DNA of 64,000 nt from Euprymna scolopes (taxonomy: Eukaryota): NCBI GenBank assembly GCA_053919585.1, contig CM132802.1, one strand, 5' to 3'. Made by a program: the position numbers and the translations under genes. The notes under the pieces are model-generated. The model did no database searches and had not been told where the DNA came from. It saw only the letters and a program-made list of their open reading frames with translations. Shown one piece after another: positions 63,491-64,000 of the stretch. The number at the start of each line of letters is the position of its first letter. The first letter of the stretch is position 1.

Positions 63491-63920
63491 TAAATAATTT
63501 CATTACGCATTAGCTGGATGCCCGGCATTGCCTGGTCGTACAGTATGCTTAAATATTATATTTTAATTTATGCAGATTGTGTATGTATTACTAGAGAATC
63601 AATCCTTTATTCAATATTATATATTACGCGGAATAATTTGCCTGGTCGACTAATTTGCAAAAAATAAATAAATAAATAAATAAATAAATTTTAATAATAA
63701 TAATAATGTCATTCATCAAATTCCATCTGTGTTTACAATATCTCGTCAGCTGATATTTGGGCTTGACGATGAATGCCCTGGAAAAGTCACTTCTGATTAA
63801 TGTTTAGTTTTAAAATATGCAAACAAAGAAATGATTTGTGGCAATTTTAAATGGTACTTTTCTTTTACCATAAATTGAACTCATTAATAAGAAAAAATTA
63901 AAATAAAATAATGAGCTACT

Positions 63921-63959
63921 CATTCGATCTGTAGTCGAATGCTCTACCACCGAGCTATA
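63921..63959 (-). pseudogene. tRNA-Cys-like 5' half fragment (pseudogene or SINE head)
   Basis: Minus strand TATAGCTCGGTGGTAGAGCATTCGACTACAGATCGAATG: D-arm plus anticodon stem-loop (ACA); no T-arm or acceptor stem. Confidence 0.6.
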
Positions 63960-64000
63960 TATACAGATGTTGATAAATCTGTTTTGTTTTTTTTTTCTAA

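Noticed and set aside
63921-63959. Functional tRNA-Cys
   Set aside because: Only the D-arm and anticodon arm are present.

Overview
AT-rich animal genomic DNA. It is probably from a mollusc or cephalopod-like invertebrate, but that is an inference from the repeat landscape and is not established. The whole window lies inside one giant + strand gene, a titin-family sallimus/kettin (sls) homolog that is open at both ends. I reconstruct 23 GT-AG exons with consistent phases (12,400 coding nt, about 4,133 aa). They encode 14 I-set Ig domains and acidic PEVK-like linkers, including a 6,336-nt exon with a 47-aa and a ~52-aa tandem array. The introns contain decayed mariner, Tc1 and Chapaev3-like DNA transposons, RTE-, CR1- and Penelope-like fragments, MITE hairpins, microsatellites and three assembly gaps. 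The most unusual signal is a small structured retroposon family with a U2 snRNA-derived head. It has a branch-point recognition sequence, an Sm-like site, covarying hairpins and 13-bp target-site duplications, and occurs as a sense dimer at 22.5-22.9 kb and a near-identical antisense copy at 48 kb. Other leads are candidate kettin-terminating exons in intron 12 and FFAT-like motifs in the large exons.
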